Source: Vitrella brassicaformis CCMP3155
Taxonomy: Eukaryota > Protista > Chromerida
NCBI GenBank assembly: GCA_001179505.1
Contig: CDMY01000776.1
Location: 1 to 21,855, forward strand
DNA length: 21,855 nt
Direction of reading: 5' to 3'
Both the position numbers and the translations under genes were made by a program. The notes under the pieces are model-generated. The model did no database searches and was not told the origin of the DNA. It saw only the letters and a program-made list of their open reading frames with translations. Positions 1 through 10,590 of the stretch are shown here, piece after piece (positions within the stretch are counted from its first letter, which is position 1; each line of letters opens with the position of its first letter).

Positions 1-921
1 CGAGACGGACCGAGGCGGGGAGTGGGGGTGACAAGGAAGAGGGAGCTGCTCGACCCTCCACGCCACACCCTATCTCCCTTTGCCCTCTCGTCACCCTCCA
101 ACTGGCGTTCCCCTTCTCGAAAACGCAACCGGTGTGGCCATCATGGCGCATGTGACAGATCAATTTGAACTGTTTATGCGAATCACAATGAGACGTCATT
201 CCAGAGGATTTCTTCCGGGGCTGGACAGAGGGCGTTGAGGAGCGGTGAGGGGTTGGTGGGGGAGGAGGGAATGGGACCGCTTTCATTTGTGTGATGGATC
301 TGTTGAGATGCGACACATGGTGATGTTCAGATCTTGCCGGCTCTCTGTCGTTCCCGCGTTCCTGGTCGGCTCTCTGTGTTCAAATAATTGAGCGCGGGTC
401 AATCTCACAAATGCCCTCAGTGGATTTGTGCTAAGACTATGCGGCAAAATGGCGCTAACGTGTGGCGAATGTGTTTTGATCATATACTATAAAGACAAGG
501 AAGGTCTTCGTCAATGCAGACAATACCTGTGGCCTTATAGAGTCTTGTCGCAACCACGAAGAACTGTCCGACGAGTATGACAGATGCGCAGAAAATACAG
601 TGAGGCAACATATGCCTGTCACTGTATGTGTCGAAGACCAGCACCGCTTACACGGTGTGCAACGCTAATACAAAGGGAAACTAAGCACATTCACACTATA
701 AATGCTAGATACAGCACACATCCCGCGCGAGAACAAACATATGAAGCAGACGCAGACAGCTAAGGAGATAAATGATCTCACCTAGGGCACACCTACATAG
801 ACGTACATCGACACACAGTCACAAATAGCTAGCGAGATAGCGAACCCTGCACATAACACAGAACAGATGAACGACACATTGACACCGGCGCTACCTGCCC
901 CTAAGAGGACAATTGGACAAA

Positions 922-3900
922 TCAAAATGTCGGAACATCTATGAAAAGAAAGGCGTGAGGCAGCTTGCTGGTCGTCCCGTCGTCGAAGTGCACCTCAACA
1001 TCTAAGAATTCTCCGACAGTATTGTCGTCAGCGTCACCTCCAGGTATCACCGCCTCGATGCGCATGTTATCGTAGAGCTTTATGTCCGCTTTAATCTCTC
1101 CCGCAATAACCACCTTGGATGGCTCGCGGCCGTCCTTGGTGAAGTGCCGACCTCCCAGGACGATGGGAATGTTGCGATTGGTGGGGGCACGCCACGGAAG
1201 GATATCAAAAACAACAGGCTTGTCGTCATTCTCATAAGCATCCAGGGCATCGTTATTGGGGACGGCAATATTGAGAGTACCACCCTTGTAGTCGAGCATA
1301 ACGATGCTGCAGGCGGGGCCGTAGACAATGTCCAAATGGCCACCGGGAGACACGAGCGTCCTGCATGGCAGTCAGAGAGACGCGCAGCTGGAATGGAGGT
1401 TATGTCTCATTAGGCTCACTTGATTTCCAGCTCGTCATTTCCGCCTGTCTCGTCAGGCAGGTCGATCAGATATATTTCCTTGTTCCACTTGGAGACAAGA
1501 AGGTCGCCCCGGATCTTCCCACCTGCACGAAAAAGAGAGATCAAATATCTATCCCCGTGACGCATTCCTTCAAACGACTGGTACCGAAACAGCTGCCGCG
1601 GTACTCTGTTATGCCGCCAGTTGCCGACTCGACCGGCCATCCCGGCTCGATATCCATCTCGCCAGGAGAAATCTCACTCCGATCCATGAAGTGCCTGCAT
1701 TGGGGGAGCGAGCAAATATACCCACATTTGAAGTCCCCCCGCGTCCTCGTTCAGCCGTTTCGCGTGTTATCGTCTTCCATACCACTGCCTAATGTCTTTT
1801 AGGTTGCGTGCGCGAGCAGGGTTCGGTTGTCTATGTGTCGCACACAGAGACATGCTGTGTATGCTCCACAAGTGCACGCTTCTGTCGTACCCGTGATACG
1901 CGCCTTCGTATGATTTGAACAGGTGGTCCCACTCGTAGGGATCCGCTCCCAGCGGCGGCTGACAATTCTTGTCCTCGTCGTCTTCGGCCTGGGTGTCATA
2001 CGGCTTGGGCAAGAAGAAGGGGTTCATCTTAGGGTGCTTGTCGGGGATTTCGTCCCATGTGTCGAAGTCGTCCGCTTCACAGCCCTCACTCATGGGGGGA
2101 GCCACGACTGACTTCCCGTAACCGGGATTGCTGCCGTTGTCCACCAAGTACGTCTCGCCTTTGGTGGTGAAGACTGAGTCGAATGTGTTCCTGTAGCCCT
2201 GTGACCAGATGGTGACGCCCTTGACATCCGAAGAAGCATCGTAGCGGTCACCCTCAACCTAGACGGCCACAACGACAAGCGTATCCAGAGATACAAATCT
2301 CATCCGACTAGATCCCTTCAACCAACCTGGTTTGGCTTGTTGACTTTTTCGCGGGTCTTGTAATACACATATTCGATTTCCTTGCTGGTTTCTGGATTGC
2401 GGACCTCCACCTGGAGAGGAAGGTGCTCTTCACCTTCTTTCGTCAGGCTACGTCCCTCTGCCTATCTCCCTACCTTCAAGAGTGACCCCGAATAGTGCGT
2501 CTCAGGCAGAGCCCCAATGCCGCACCCGGGCCACCCAAGGTTTGTGTTACCTCCCACATTAACGTACAAATTGCACTCGTTGTCAAACTGGAGGCCATTG
2601 ACGCCATGGTCATGATTCGACACCGGGAGATTCGACAGGACAATCTCGAGCTCGTCAAAACTCTCGCCGGACAGGCGAGACACCTGACCGTCGAAGCCGG
2701 CAAATCCGTCGAAGCCTCCATCTTCGTCGATGACTTTGCAGTCACCACCCTGAGAGAGGCATAAGACAATCGCGTACAGCTTCCCGCGTGACATCCATCT
2801 TATCTCGGGTTGACCCATTTGAACAATGGCGAGTGAGCGATGTAGAGGTGCGGGTCCTGCGGGTCCTGGCACGGATCGAACTCGATGCCTAGCACGCTGT
2901 GGCCGGGATACCTCTTGGAGATGGCCTCGTACACCTGGAGGGAGTCGTCCTTGACGTCAGTGTTACTGACAAATTTGATGCTCGCCACCACGCCGCTAGC
3001 CGCCCCCATGAAGAATGTCTTAGCGTCCTTTGGAGACCAAGCACCTGACGTGAGCGAGCCTCCTCTGAGCTCCTCGCTCGTCTCAGGCAGGTCGTCGTCG
3101 ATGTCTTGTAAGAGCACGTGGCTCTCATACTTGAGTGTGCCCACATCAACGTCACCGGAGGAGTCACTAGACTCTACCGGCATGAGATTGGACGCGACGT
3201 CGTCCTTCGCCTTGATTTGCAGACTTTGAACATCGCCTTCGGAGAGCTGGCTCGCGTCAATTGATATACAGGACCAGCAGAAGATCATTCCAGAAGGAAG
3301 GCCTGCCTTTGTACCTCTGGCGTTTTATATCGTATTAAACTCCCTGTCCATTCGAGGACTCCATCGTCGCCGTCCTCCGCATCATCGCCAGGGCGCACCT
3401 CGTGATTATGGAAGTCAAGAGACACAGTGTCCATGATCTGCACATACGCAGTCAGTACGAATAGCAATATGCAAGCACTCCGCAAGACAAGCCCTGTGAT
3501 TATCTTTCATGATACCTCTGGATTCGTAAAGCCCACCCCCTCGATGCTGATTTCGGTTCCCCCCTCCGGGTCGACCCAGTCGGGGGTCACCCTGTTGATG
3601 TGAGGCTTCCACTCTCTCTGACTGTGAGTCCACTGAAATTCTGTCCCTGCAGGGGCTTTAACTCGCACGCGCAGCGGGGTACCCTTGACCTGCTCGACCA
3701 GCCATCGCACCTCAACCTTGATCTCGTGCCCTTGCACGCTTATCGTCCTGTCATCGTCGTCTGGGAACAAGACAGTGACGCTGTGTGTAGGGAACGAGGC
3801 ACTTGACTTTTTCCAGCATACCGCCACCATTATCGGAAGACTCCTTTTCATCGTCTGCATACGTGGACGTATCGACGCATTCATGGTGTCATCATTGTCA

Positions 3901-6900
3901 TCATTTCGTTCCGTATTACGCATACGTAACGTTATGACTGCTTGCCACGTACTGTCATCGTTGTCATCATCTGCATGCGTGCAAGCGTAGTGATGATACA
4001 GGCCTCAATGCAGGGATCCGTTGCTGGTCCATGTAAAATGTACCTTCATCGGCTCCGTTGGAGATGTCACCATCTTCGTCTGAGACATGCGGCATGCATC
4101 CCCCTAAGCCACATATGTCCTGCACCATACCGTCGCCATCCTCAGGCGATGCCTCTTGATGGTCCCCATCTGCACGGCGGCAAGACGTATCCAGCCGGCC
4201 AATGTGTCCGTATGTCATGTGCTGGTCACAACACACCTTGGTCATCCTCAGTCCCATCGTTGCTGTCGTCGGGGTCCTCCTTATCGTCTGCACGCGCGAA
4301 CACAACTACAAGACGGTGTATTGCGCGCAGGTGTCCTGCAATTGCTCTTTCTTAGCTTATGCAATGTCAAGCTGACTCAGCATACCATCATCGTCTTGAG
4401 CGGGGATATCGTGGCTGTCACCCCCGTGCTTCTTGTCTTTCAACTTCGTCTTGACCTTGTCCATCAGTCCAAACTTTGCATTCACATCGGCCGACGGAAT
4501 GAGAAGGCTGATGCTCCCTGTGGCGGCCTGGACAGAGTGCTCTTCGTCATCGACCCACACAATGGCATTGTCGCCGCCCTCAATGACCAAAGTCACTGAA
4601 TCAGAGCCCCCGAACACCTCCAGAACACCCTACGACGAAGAAGCAAGAAAGGGGCTATCGTTAAAATGCTACAGTAGCCCTTTGATGCACCTGTGCTCGC
4701 ACAATGAGGTTCTTCTTGAATTTCTTGTCCACCAATCCCTTGCCCTGCGCTAGAGGGATGAGGTCGCAGGACTTGTACGGCGCGTTGTCTCCGTCCAGTG
4801 TCCGCTTGAATGCAGCCGTGGCGACAACACTGGAAGTTATCCACACTGGCTCGAGGGTCTCGTTGTCGTCAGAAAGCTCGAGGGTCTCGTGGCTCTTGAC
4901 GGAGCTCTTCAGCCATGACGACATGTCATCGGCATCGGATGGCGTGTAAATTGCCATGGAACAGCCAGGCACCCTTTCCAGAGGGACGACGGCGATGGGC
5001 GTGGTGGTCGACAGCTCGTGTCCAGACGAGTCCTTGATAGTAAGCTTCACATCATGGTGACCTACTGAGAGGGAGTGGTCAAAATCCCTGTCACATGCAT
5101 CTTCGTCATCCGCTTCACAATCCTAAGAGGCAGACCACGGGCTTCAATACCTTGCTTCTTCGCTTTCCCTCACCGATTTGTGCACAGTCTCATCACCGAC
5201 TTTAAACTCATAACTCACGACGGCCTCACCAAACTCATGAGTATGAGAGCCACCACCCTGCACAAACGTGTATGCGCACGCTAAAATAGAATGAATGATT
5301 CCCTATGGGTCCACTTACATCAATGGACACGTTTTCCATGGCATCCCCGTCATAGTCGATCGCAACTCTGGGCTCCATGTCAATGACGGGATGGAGATAC
5401 TCTGCTGTGTCCTCTGCGAGGGGCCTGGTCCCGACGGGAACGAAGGTGGGCGGGAAGTTGTCACCAACGACGGCCAGGAGGAAGGCGTCGGCACTGAGAC
5501 CCTGCCTCATCGTGGATGGGTGGATGTGAGACAGGTGAATCGGGAGAGTGCTGTCGACAGACACTTGAAAGGTTGAGGAATCAGCATGGAAGCCCGACTG
5601 TCTTGCGGAGGCAAACATGGTGCTGGTCAGCATCTACATCAGCAGACAAATTGCGAATGGCTTCGGGATCACGAGCCGAGATAGCTGACCGCTCACCTCA
5701 GTGGGAGGTGTCTTCACCCCCACACTGACGACACGTCGGACGATTGCTGGCTGGGTAGATCCGTGGGTGAGCTTCAGCTCAGGCAGCTGAGCCCGCGTGG
5801 ACGCAGCAGGGGGTAAGGATTTCTGTAAACGGGCTGGATACTCATCAGGGACCCCAGCACCCCCAGACAGGAGAACCCATACCTGAATGAAGGTGTGGTA
5901 GGAAGGAGCGATCAAAAAGGACACCGACTTTGTGTCCTTTACGTCTCTGCGGATGCGAAGGAATGCAATTTCTGGCAATCTTCCGCTCTCGGCATCCTGT
6001 GTTTCCTTCGGCTTGTTGGGCAGCTCTTGCTCCAGCCTTTGCCCCACTCTCTCTCTTCTCGGTCTCCATGATACTGTGATGTTGATGCTTTGAAAAGGCT
6101 TGATGTCTTCGATGAAATGGCGTTGCTTGTTGGGCAGCACTACCTCAAAGCCCTCTGTATCTCCTTCCAGTCTTGGAAACAGGCGGCCTGATGAACGCTC
6201 AGGGTCGTCATTCGATAAGTGGAATGTCACTTGAGCGAGCGACGGTGACAAATGGAATGTCGGATACGGATGCTCGTCGTACATCTTGCCGCAGATCTTC
6301 GGGGAGCACGGGGGTATGGCAGATGCCGTCAGGTTGACGGGCGGAGCGGACGACAGCTTCTGCCAGGTGAAACCTTGCCGCCCAGGTAAGAAAATGAGAT
6401 GTTCGATGTGTCAGTTTTCCAAAGCGAATGAAGACGGACCTTTGCTGGTTTGACTCACACTTGTGGCCAGCCTTGGACGGTACATCTGCAAACAGGAAAC
6501 TTTGCCAGCGGGTCGGCGATCACCATGTCTGCCCTTGCGTACCTGAAGGTGTCCTCTGGCGCTTGAACTCCATGCCTTTGTGGAACCTCCGACCACATAC
6601 ATAATGCCAGCCAGCGAAGTACTTCCTAAGCACAAGCGGGGCAGCGGCACAGGAGGAAGTCCCGCCCCCTCCCACTCTATTCCATGTTGTCCTTGGTCCT
6701 TACCGGCACCATGGATCTGCTGAGGCATGTCTGGCCCCATAATCCAGTTTCTTCCTTTCTCCCCTTCTTCATTGCTCGTGCATTCTCCCTTAATCATGCG
6801 CTCAAGAGAAGTCGCGAGTGTGCCTTTGTCGTCCATCCGGTCTACGTTGGATCCAACGGTCGAACGAATCTCTCTGTCGATCCACGGCATCCCACGAAGT

Positions 6901-8113
6901 GCCCGCAGAAGACGCTTCGCTCTCTTCTTGCGCTTTGCGCAGATATTGCGAGACTGGAGGAACTCAATGCTCTTTAGGGTATCTCTGTTGTTCTTCTCTC
7001 CTCCTGATGCCATCAGGTAGTCTTCGTTGACGTTGATAAGCGCCAAACCAGCACGAGCATAGTTCATTGAAGGCCCATCCGTCCACTCGCCACTATCTGG
7101 ATCGTAAATCTCAACACTATCAGTTTCGTCGACAGATCCGCCCCACCGTCCTCCCGCCACATAGATGAGACCGTCCATCACAGCAGCTGCGACGTGCTCG
7201 CGATGTATCTTGGGGCCTTCCCTTTGCTGCCATGCGTCCGTCTTTGGGTCATAGACCATCATGCTGGGACGAGGCAGAATCAGCTGGTCGTCATTTTCGA
7301 AGCTCTCCTCCACTCCGCCGATTACGTAGATTCGGCCGTCATGCGTAACGGCTGCTCCAGCGGCTCGTGGCTGAGGCATGTCGGCCAGCGGTTCTAGTTT
7401 GTTTGTCTTGCTGTTGTATTTCCACGTGTTGCGTTCGGTCTTGCGGCTTCCCCACTCTCCACTATAGCCTACAAAGATTGGGAATAAAACATGCACAAGA
7501 CAAGACAAAACACTATCCCGAGTATGAGCACCTCCGAGTATGAGCATGCTATCACTGGGCCTCTGCCCTGATCCAGTCGTGGCGCGTGCTTCCGAAGGAG
7601 GATATGAAGCCATCATGAGGTGATGACGCGTATCTGGAAGGCTCGGTAGCACTTTTTCATTATCCCATCGGCGTCTGGCAGGGTCGTAGCGGCGGATATC
7701 TGTTCCCGACTCCCTGTACCCGCCCACTGAGTATAGCATGCCATCCGACAGCGCTATGGCCCCGTGTTCGGTCTGATCAGAAAAAGTGGTCTGTCGGCCT
7801 TGCGATGTCCCTACCAATTTTCCAGTACCTGATAGGGCTCAGGCATCGTCGGTCCCTCCGACCATTTCCCGTCGGTAACAGCGCAAGGGACAAAAGGAAG
7901 AAACGCCAGAGGGACCGGAGTAGAAACACCCTGGAACAAGACAGACGGACCGTTCCTGGGATCCGTCACGTTTTTTGGAACATGTGGAGGGCACAAGTCA
8001 AAAGACAAAGCAGGCGACCCAAAGTCACGCTCCTGACGCTCTCTCAGTAAGCTATTCACTGTCCGCCCAAGGGTCAAGACAACAAGAGTCAAGAGGGTCA
8101 GACTTGCCATCAT
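922..8113 (-). CDS. Multi-exon gene for a large, probably secreted Kelch / PKD-like / PA14-like / IPT-TIG / glucose-sorbosone dehydrogenase-like / IPT-TIG protein
   Basis: ATG at 8113 begins a hydrophobic MMASLTLLTLVVLTLG segment. A chain of GT-AG introns (e.g. 7773-7828, 5634-5696, 5258-5318, 5123-5173, 4630-4690, 3438-3515, 3247-3314, 2750-2814, 2411-2473, 2259-2326, 1831-1890, 1695-1782, 1523-1584, 1361-1419) joins the ORF fragments in consistent phase down to TGA at 922-924. The junctions near 7930-8060 and 6340-6460 are uncertain, so a split into two genes is not excluded. Confidence 0.75.
925..1215 (-). other. IPT/TIG domain 2 (C-terminal)
   Basis: PVVFDILPWRAPTNRNIPIVLGGRHF...KVVIAG...IEAVIPG...LDVEVHFDDGTTSKLPHAFLF; ends with the typical AF-x-F/Y strand. 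Confidence 0.65.
1240..3080 (-). other. Glucose/sorbosone dehydrogenase-like (PQQ sugar dehydrogenase-like) beta-propeller
   Basis: Motifs LPVSNHDHGVNGLQFDNECNLYVNVGGNTN, GYRNTFDSVFTTKGETYLVDNG, YHGQPN, SATGGITEY and GDLLVSKWN follow the order seen in GSDH-type propellers (His motif, F-G-P-D-G-x-L-Y, G-x-R-N-P, D-x-G, G-x-x-x-Y). Confidence 0.65.
3315..3610 (-). other. IPT/TIG domain 1
   Basis: PHINRVTPDWVDPEGGTEISIEGVGF matches the IPT/TIG start consensus P-x-I-x-x-I-x-P-x-x-G-x-x-x-GGT-x-V-T-I-x-G-x-x-F. Confidence 0.75.
4990..5400 (-). other. PKD/Ig-like domain
   Basis: Spliced translation VAIDYDGDAMENVSID|GGGSHTHEFGEAVVSYEFKVG...SLSVGHHDVKLTIKDSSG resembles the PKD-like pattern (V-x-L-D-G-S-x-S...Y-x-W...G-x-H-x-V-x-L-T-V-x-D). 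Recognised by eye, no HMM run. Confidence 0.55.
6480..7860 (-). other. Six-bladed Kelch repeat domain
   Basis: Six GG doublets (YSVGG, LILGG, YVIGG, YVAGG, MASGG, YVVGG), most followed by Kelch-type Y-D-P...W motifs (RYDPARRRW, VYDPKTDAW, IYDPDSGEW), with P-x-MP-x-P/R linkers. Confidence 0.9.
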
Positions 8114-8693
8114 TGGTCGGTTGGTTGTTGTGTTTAACGGCCTTTGAGGAAAAAAGCGGCCTGGGGCATTCCCACCCCATAACCTACTAGTACAAGTAAG
8201 GCGCCCCCGTACAAGGCTGAGCGCGGTGCACGACTCCCCCATTTGGAGGCACTGTCACAAATCGACATACACCACCACGAGCACCAGACGTATGCTATCT
8301 GCGAGGGGGTAGCAATTGGGGGGTAGGTACCTTCCTTGCCAGACACGGCCCCTCGACTACCACACCACGCATTTATGCATCCAAGTCTGCCGTGCACTGC
8401 ACTGGAGACAATATTGACAATACCCCTCGCTGACGGCTGATGCCACTCAGTAGTGATGCCTTTCAGAAGGATCGGATGAGAGAGACTTTGTACGAATCTA
8501 TCGATTTGCGTTTCTTTGTCTGCCACGTACAGGGATTCGCGTAATTGTTGTTGTCGTCTCCGTCTGCTTCTACAGCGATACGCACGGAATATCGGTCTTT
8601 CAATCCCGCAGGTGAACAGTGTTCTTGCAAGGCTTGGGTCTTTCTCTCTTTCCGACTGCCCGCCGTCTTTTATCGGGCAGTACCTCCCCCCTT

Positions 8694-8993
8694 NNNNNNN
8701 NNNNNNNNNNNNNNNNNNNNNNNNNNNNNNNNNNNNNNNNNNNNNNNNNNNNNNNNNNNNNNNNNNNNNNNNNNNNNNNNNNNNNNNNNNNNNNNNNNNN
8801 NNNNNNNNNNNNNNNNNNNNNNNNNNNNNNNNNNNNNNNNNNNNNNNNNNNNNNNNNNNNNNNNNNNNNNNNNNNNNNNNNNNNNNNNNNNNNNNNNNNN
8901 NNNNNNNNNNNNNNNNNNNNNNNNNNNNNNNNNNNNNNNNNNNNNNNNNNNNNNNNNNNNNNNNNNNNNNNNNNNNNNNNNNNNNNNNNNNNN
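8694..8993. other. Assembly gap (300 N)
   Basis: Run of exactly 300 N flanked by C-rich tracts. Confidence 0.99.
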
Positions 8994-9017
8994 CCTCCCC
9001 CCCCCCCCCCGGCATAC

Positions 9018-9310
9018 GCGACGTGCATACGCGCATCTTGTTGCGCAGGTTTCTGCATGCTAAGCTAGCTTCTTGCACAGTGCTATATCTAGGATGCCTT
9101 CCCTCGGGCAGATGCAATGGAGACGCTTAGGGGGCTAAACTCTAAACCCTGCATCTTCTGCTGTGTGCGTATCTCTATTACATACATATGCAGCGAAGAT
9201 TATGGCGTCTCGTTGTCCTCGAGTGAGAAGAACGGGCTCTTTTGTCAATGTACAGACAATGCATGGCCTTCCACGGCCCTTCTTGTTCTGATTGGTACTG
9301 GTTTGCACCG
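9018..9310 (+). repeat. Diverged tandem duplication, copy 1 (possible gene relic)
   Basis: Blocks shared with 10262-10590: gcgcatc..gttgcgcaggtttctgcatgc.aag, ctaggatg.cttccct.cgg..agatgca, atcttctgct.gtgtgc, atgcagcgaa...ggcgtctcgttgt, gagaagaacgggct..tgtcaatgtac.gacaatgca, ttgttc.gattggtac. Confidence 0.85.
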
Positions 9311-9873
9311 GCAAGCGCTCGTCAAGATACGAACTGACCGACTAAAGAGCCGTCTGAGACACAGCTTGTTTGCGATGATGGGGGTTTGTAAGCGAAAAAG
9401 CGGTCAGACTTGTGCATTCGAGACCCCGGCAAAGGGATGCACACGAGAAGTCAATGAATGAAACATTTCACCGGTGCGACAGAATCGGTGGTGTACTCAA
9501 CATGCTCTTGGCGGACTATTAGGGTCGGTGTCACTGGTTTTCTGGTTTCTCTGCCGTCCCCCCGTGCTCTTGAGCCGTCCAGATATGAAGCGCTGTTTGC
9601 TGCTCACAGATGCCACAGGTAGCGCCGCGCCATTGTTGGCGGTGCAGCTGCCAAGGGATAGACCCTTAGCAGCTTGTTTCTACTTGTTTACTCCAACAGC
9701 GAGAGTAGCATCATGTGATGTGAAGTGTATGTGCACAACAGCAAAGGCTGTATCCTGCTGGGTTCTTCTGTGCGGTCCGAAAAAGGACAGATTGTCCACA
9801 ACTACAAGACCGATAAGTGGCGCGACAGGCGAGAGGACGCACTTACCTCTCTCTTCACCCCCCCCCCCCCCCC

Positions 9874-10173
9874 NNNNNNNNNNNNNNNNNNNNNNNNNNN
9901 NNNNNNNNNNNNNNNNNNNNNNNNNNNNNNNNNNNNNNNNNNNNNNNNNNNNNNNNNNNNNNNNNNNNNNNNNNNNNNNNNNNNNNNNNNNNNNNNNNNN
10001 NNNNNNNNNNNNNNNNNNNNNNNNNNNNNNNNNNNNNNNNNNNNNNNNNNNNNNNNNNNNNNNNNNNNNNNNNNNNNNNNNNNNNNNNNNNNNNNNNNNN
10101 NNNNNNNNNNNNNNNNNNNNNNNNNNNNNNNNNNNNNNNNNNNNNNNNNNNNNNNNNNNNNNNNNNNNNNNNN
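9874..10173. other. Assembly gap (300 N)
   Basis: Run of exactly 300 N flanked by poly-C tracts. Confidence 0.99.
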
Positions 10174-10261
10174 CTCCCCAACCCCCCCCAACCCCCTCGG
10201 TCATCTATATGCTACCCCCTGTATGCACATCCGCAAGGCTAAGAGTGTGTGTTTCACATGA

Positions 10262-10590
10262 GCGACCTGCATCGATGCGCATCCCGTTGCGCAGGTTTCT
10301 GCATGCGAAGTTGGCACTTGCAGAGCGCTACACCTAGGATGACTTCCCTTCGGCAAATGCAGTGGGGAGATGAGTGGAGACGGTTGGATCTTCTGCTCGT
10401 GTGCATGTCTCTAACGAATAGGCATGCAGCGAAATCCCGGCGTCTCGTTGTTTTCGAATTTGTTCATGTATGTACCTGGAGTGTGCTGCATGTCGTGTGC
10501 CTGCCTGTGGCTGGCGCGAGAAGAACGGGCTTTGTCAATGTACGGACAATGCAGGCCCTTCTGTTCCGATTGGTACCAGACAAGATGCCC
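10262..10590 (+). repeat. Diverged tandem duplication, copy 2 (possible gene relic)
   Basis: Same blocks as 9018-9310 at an offset of about 1.24-1.30 kb. One frame shares KNGL(F)CQCTDNA(G/W)PS...IGT with copy 1. Confidence 0.85.

Noticed and set aside
1-900. Possible exons or small ORF (283-483) downstream of the secreted-protein gene, and an 11-nt repeat cggctctctgt near 338 and 368
   Set aside because: No coherent splice-consistent reading frame; the repeat is too short to interpret.
3285-3485. ORF MRSACILLFVLTAYVQ... looks like a signal peptide starting a separate gene
   Set aside because: It starts at TTG inside predicted intron 3438-3515; the flanking exons join in phase within the IPT domain.
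8134-10337. Long ORFs spanning the N runs
   Set aside because: Artefacts of translating N as X.
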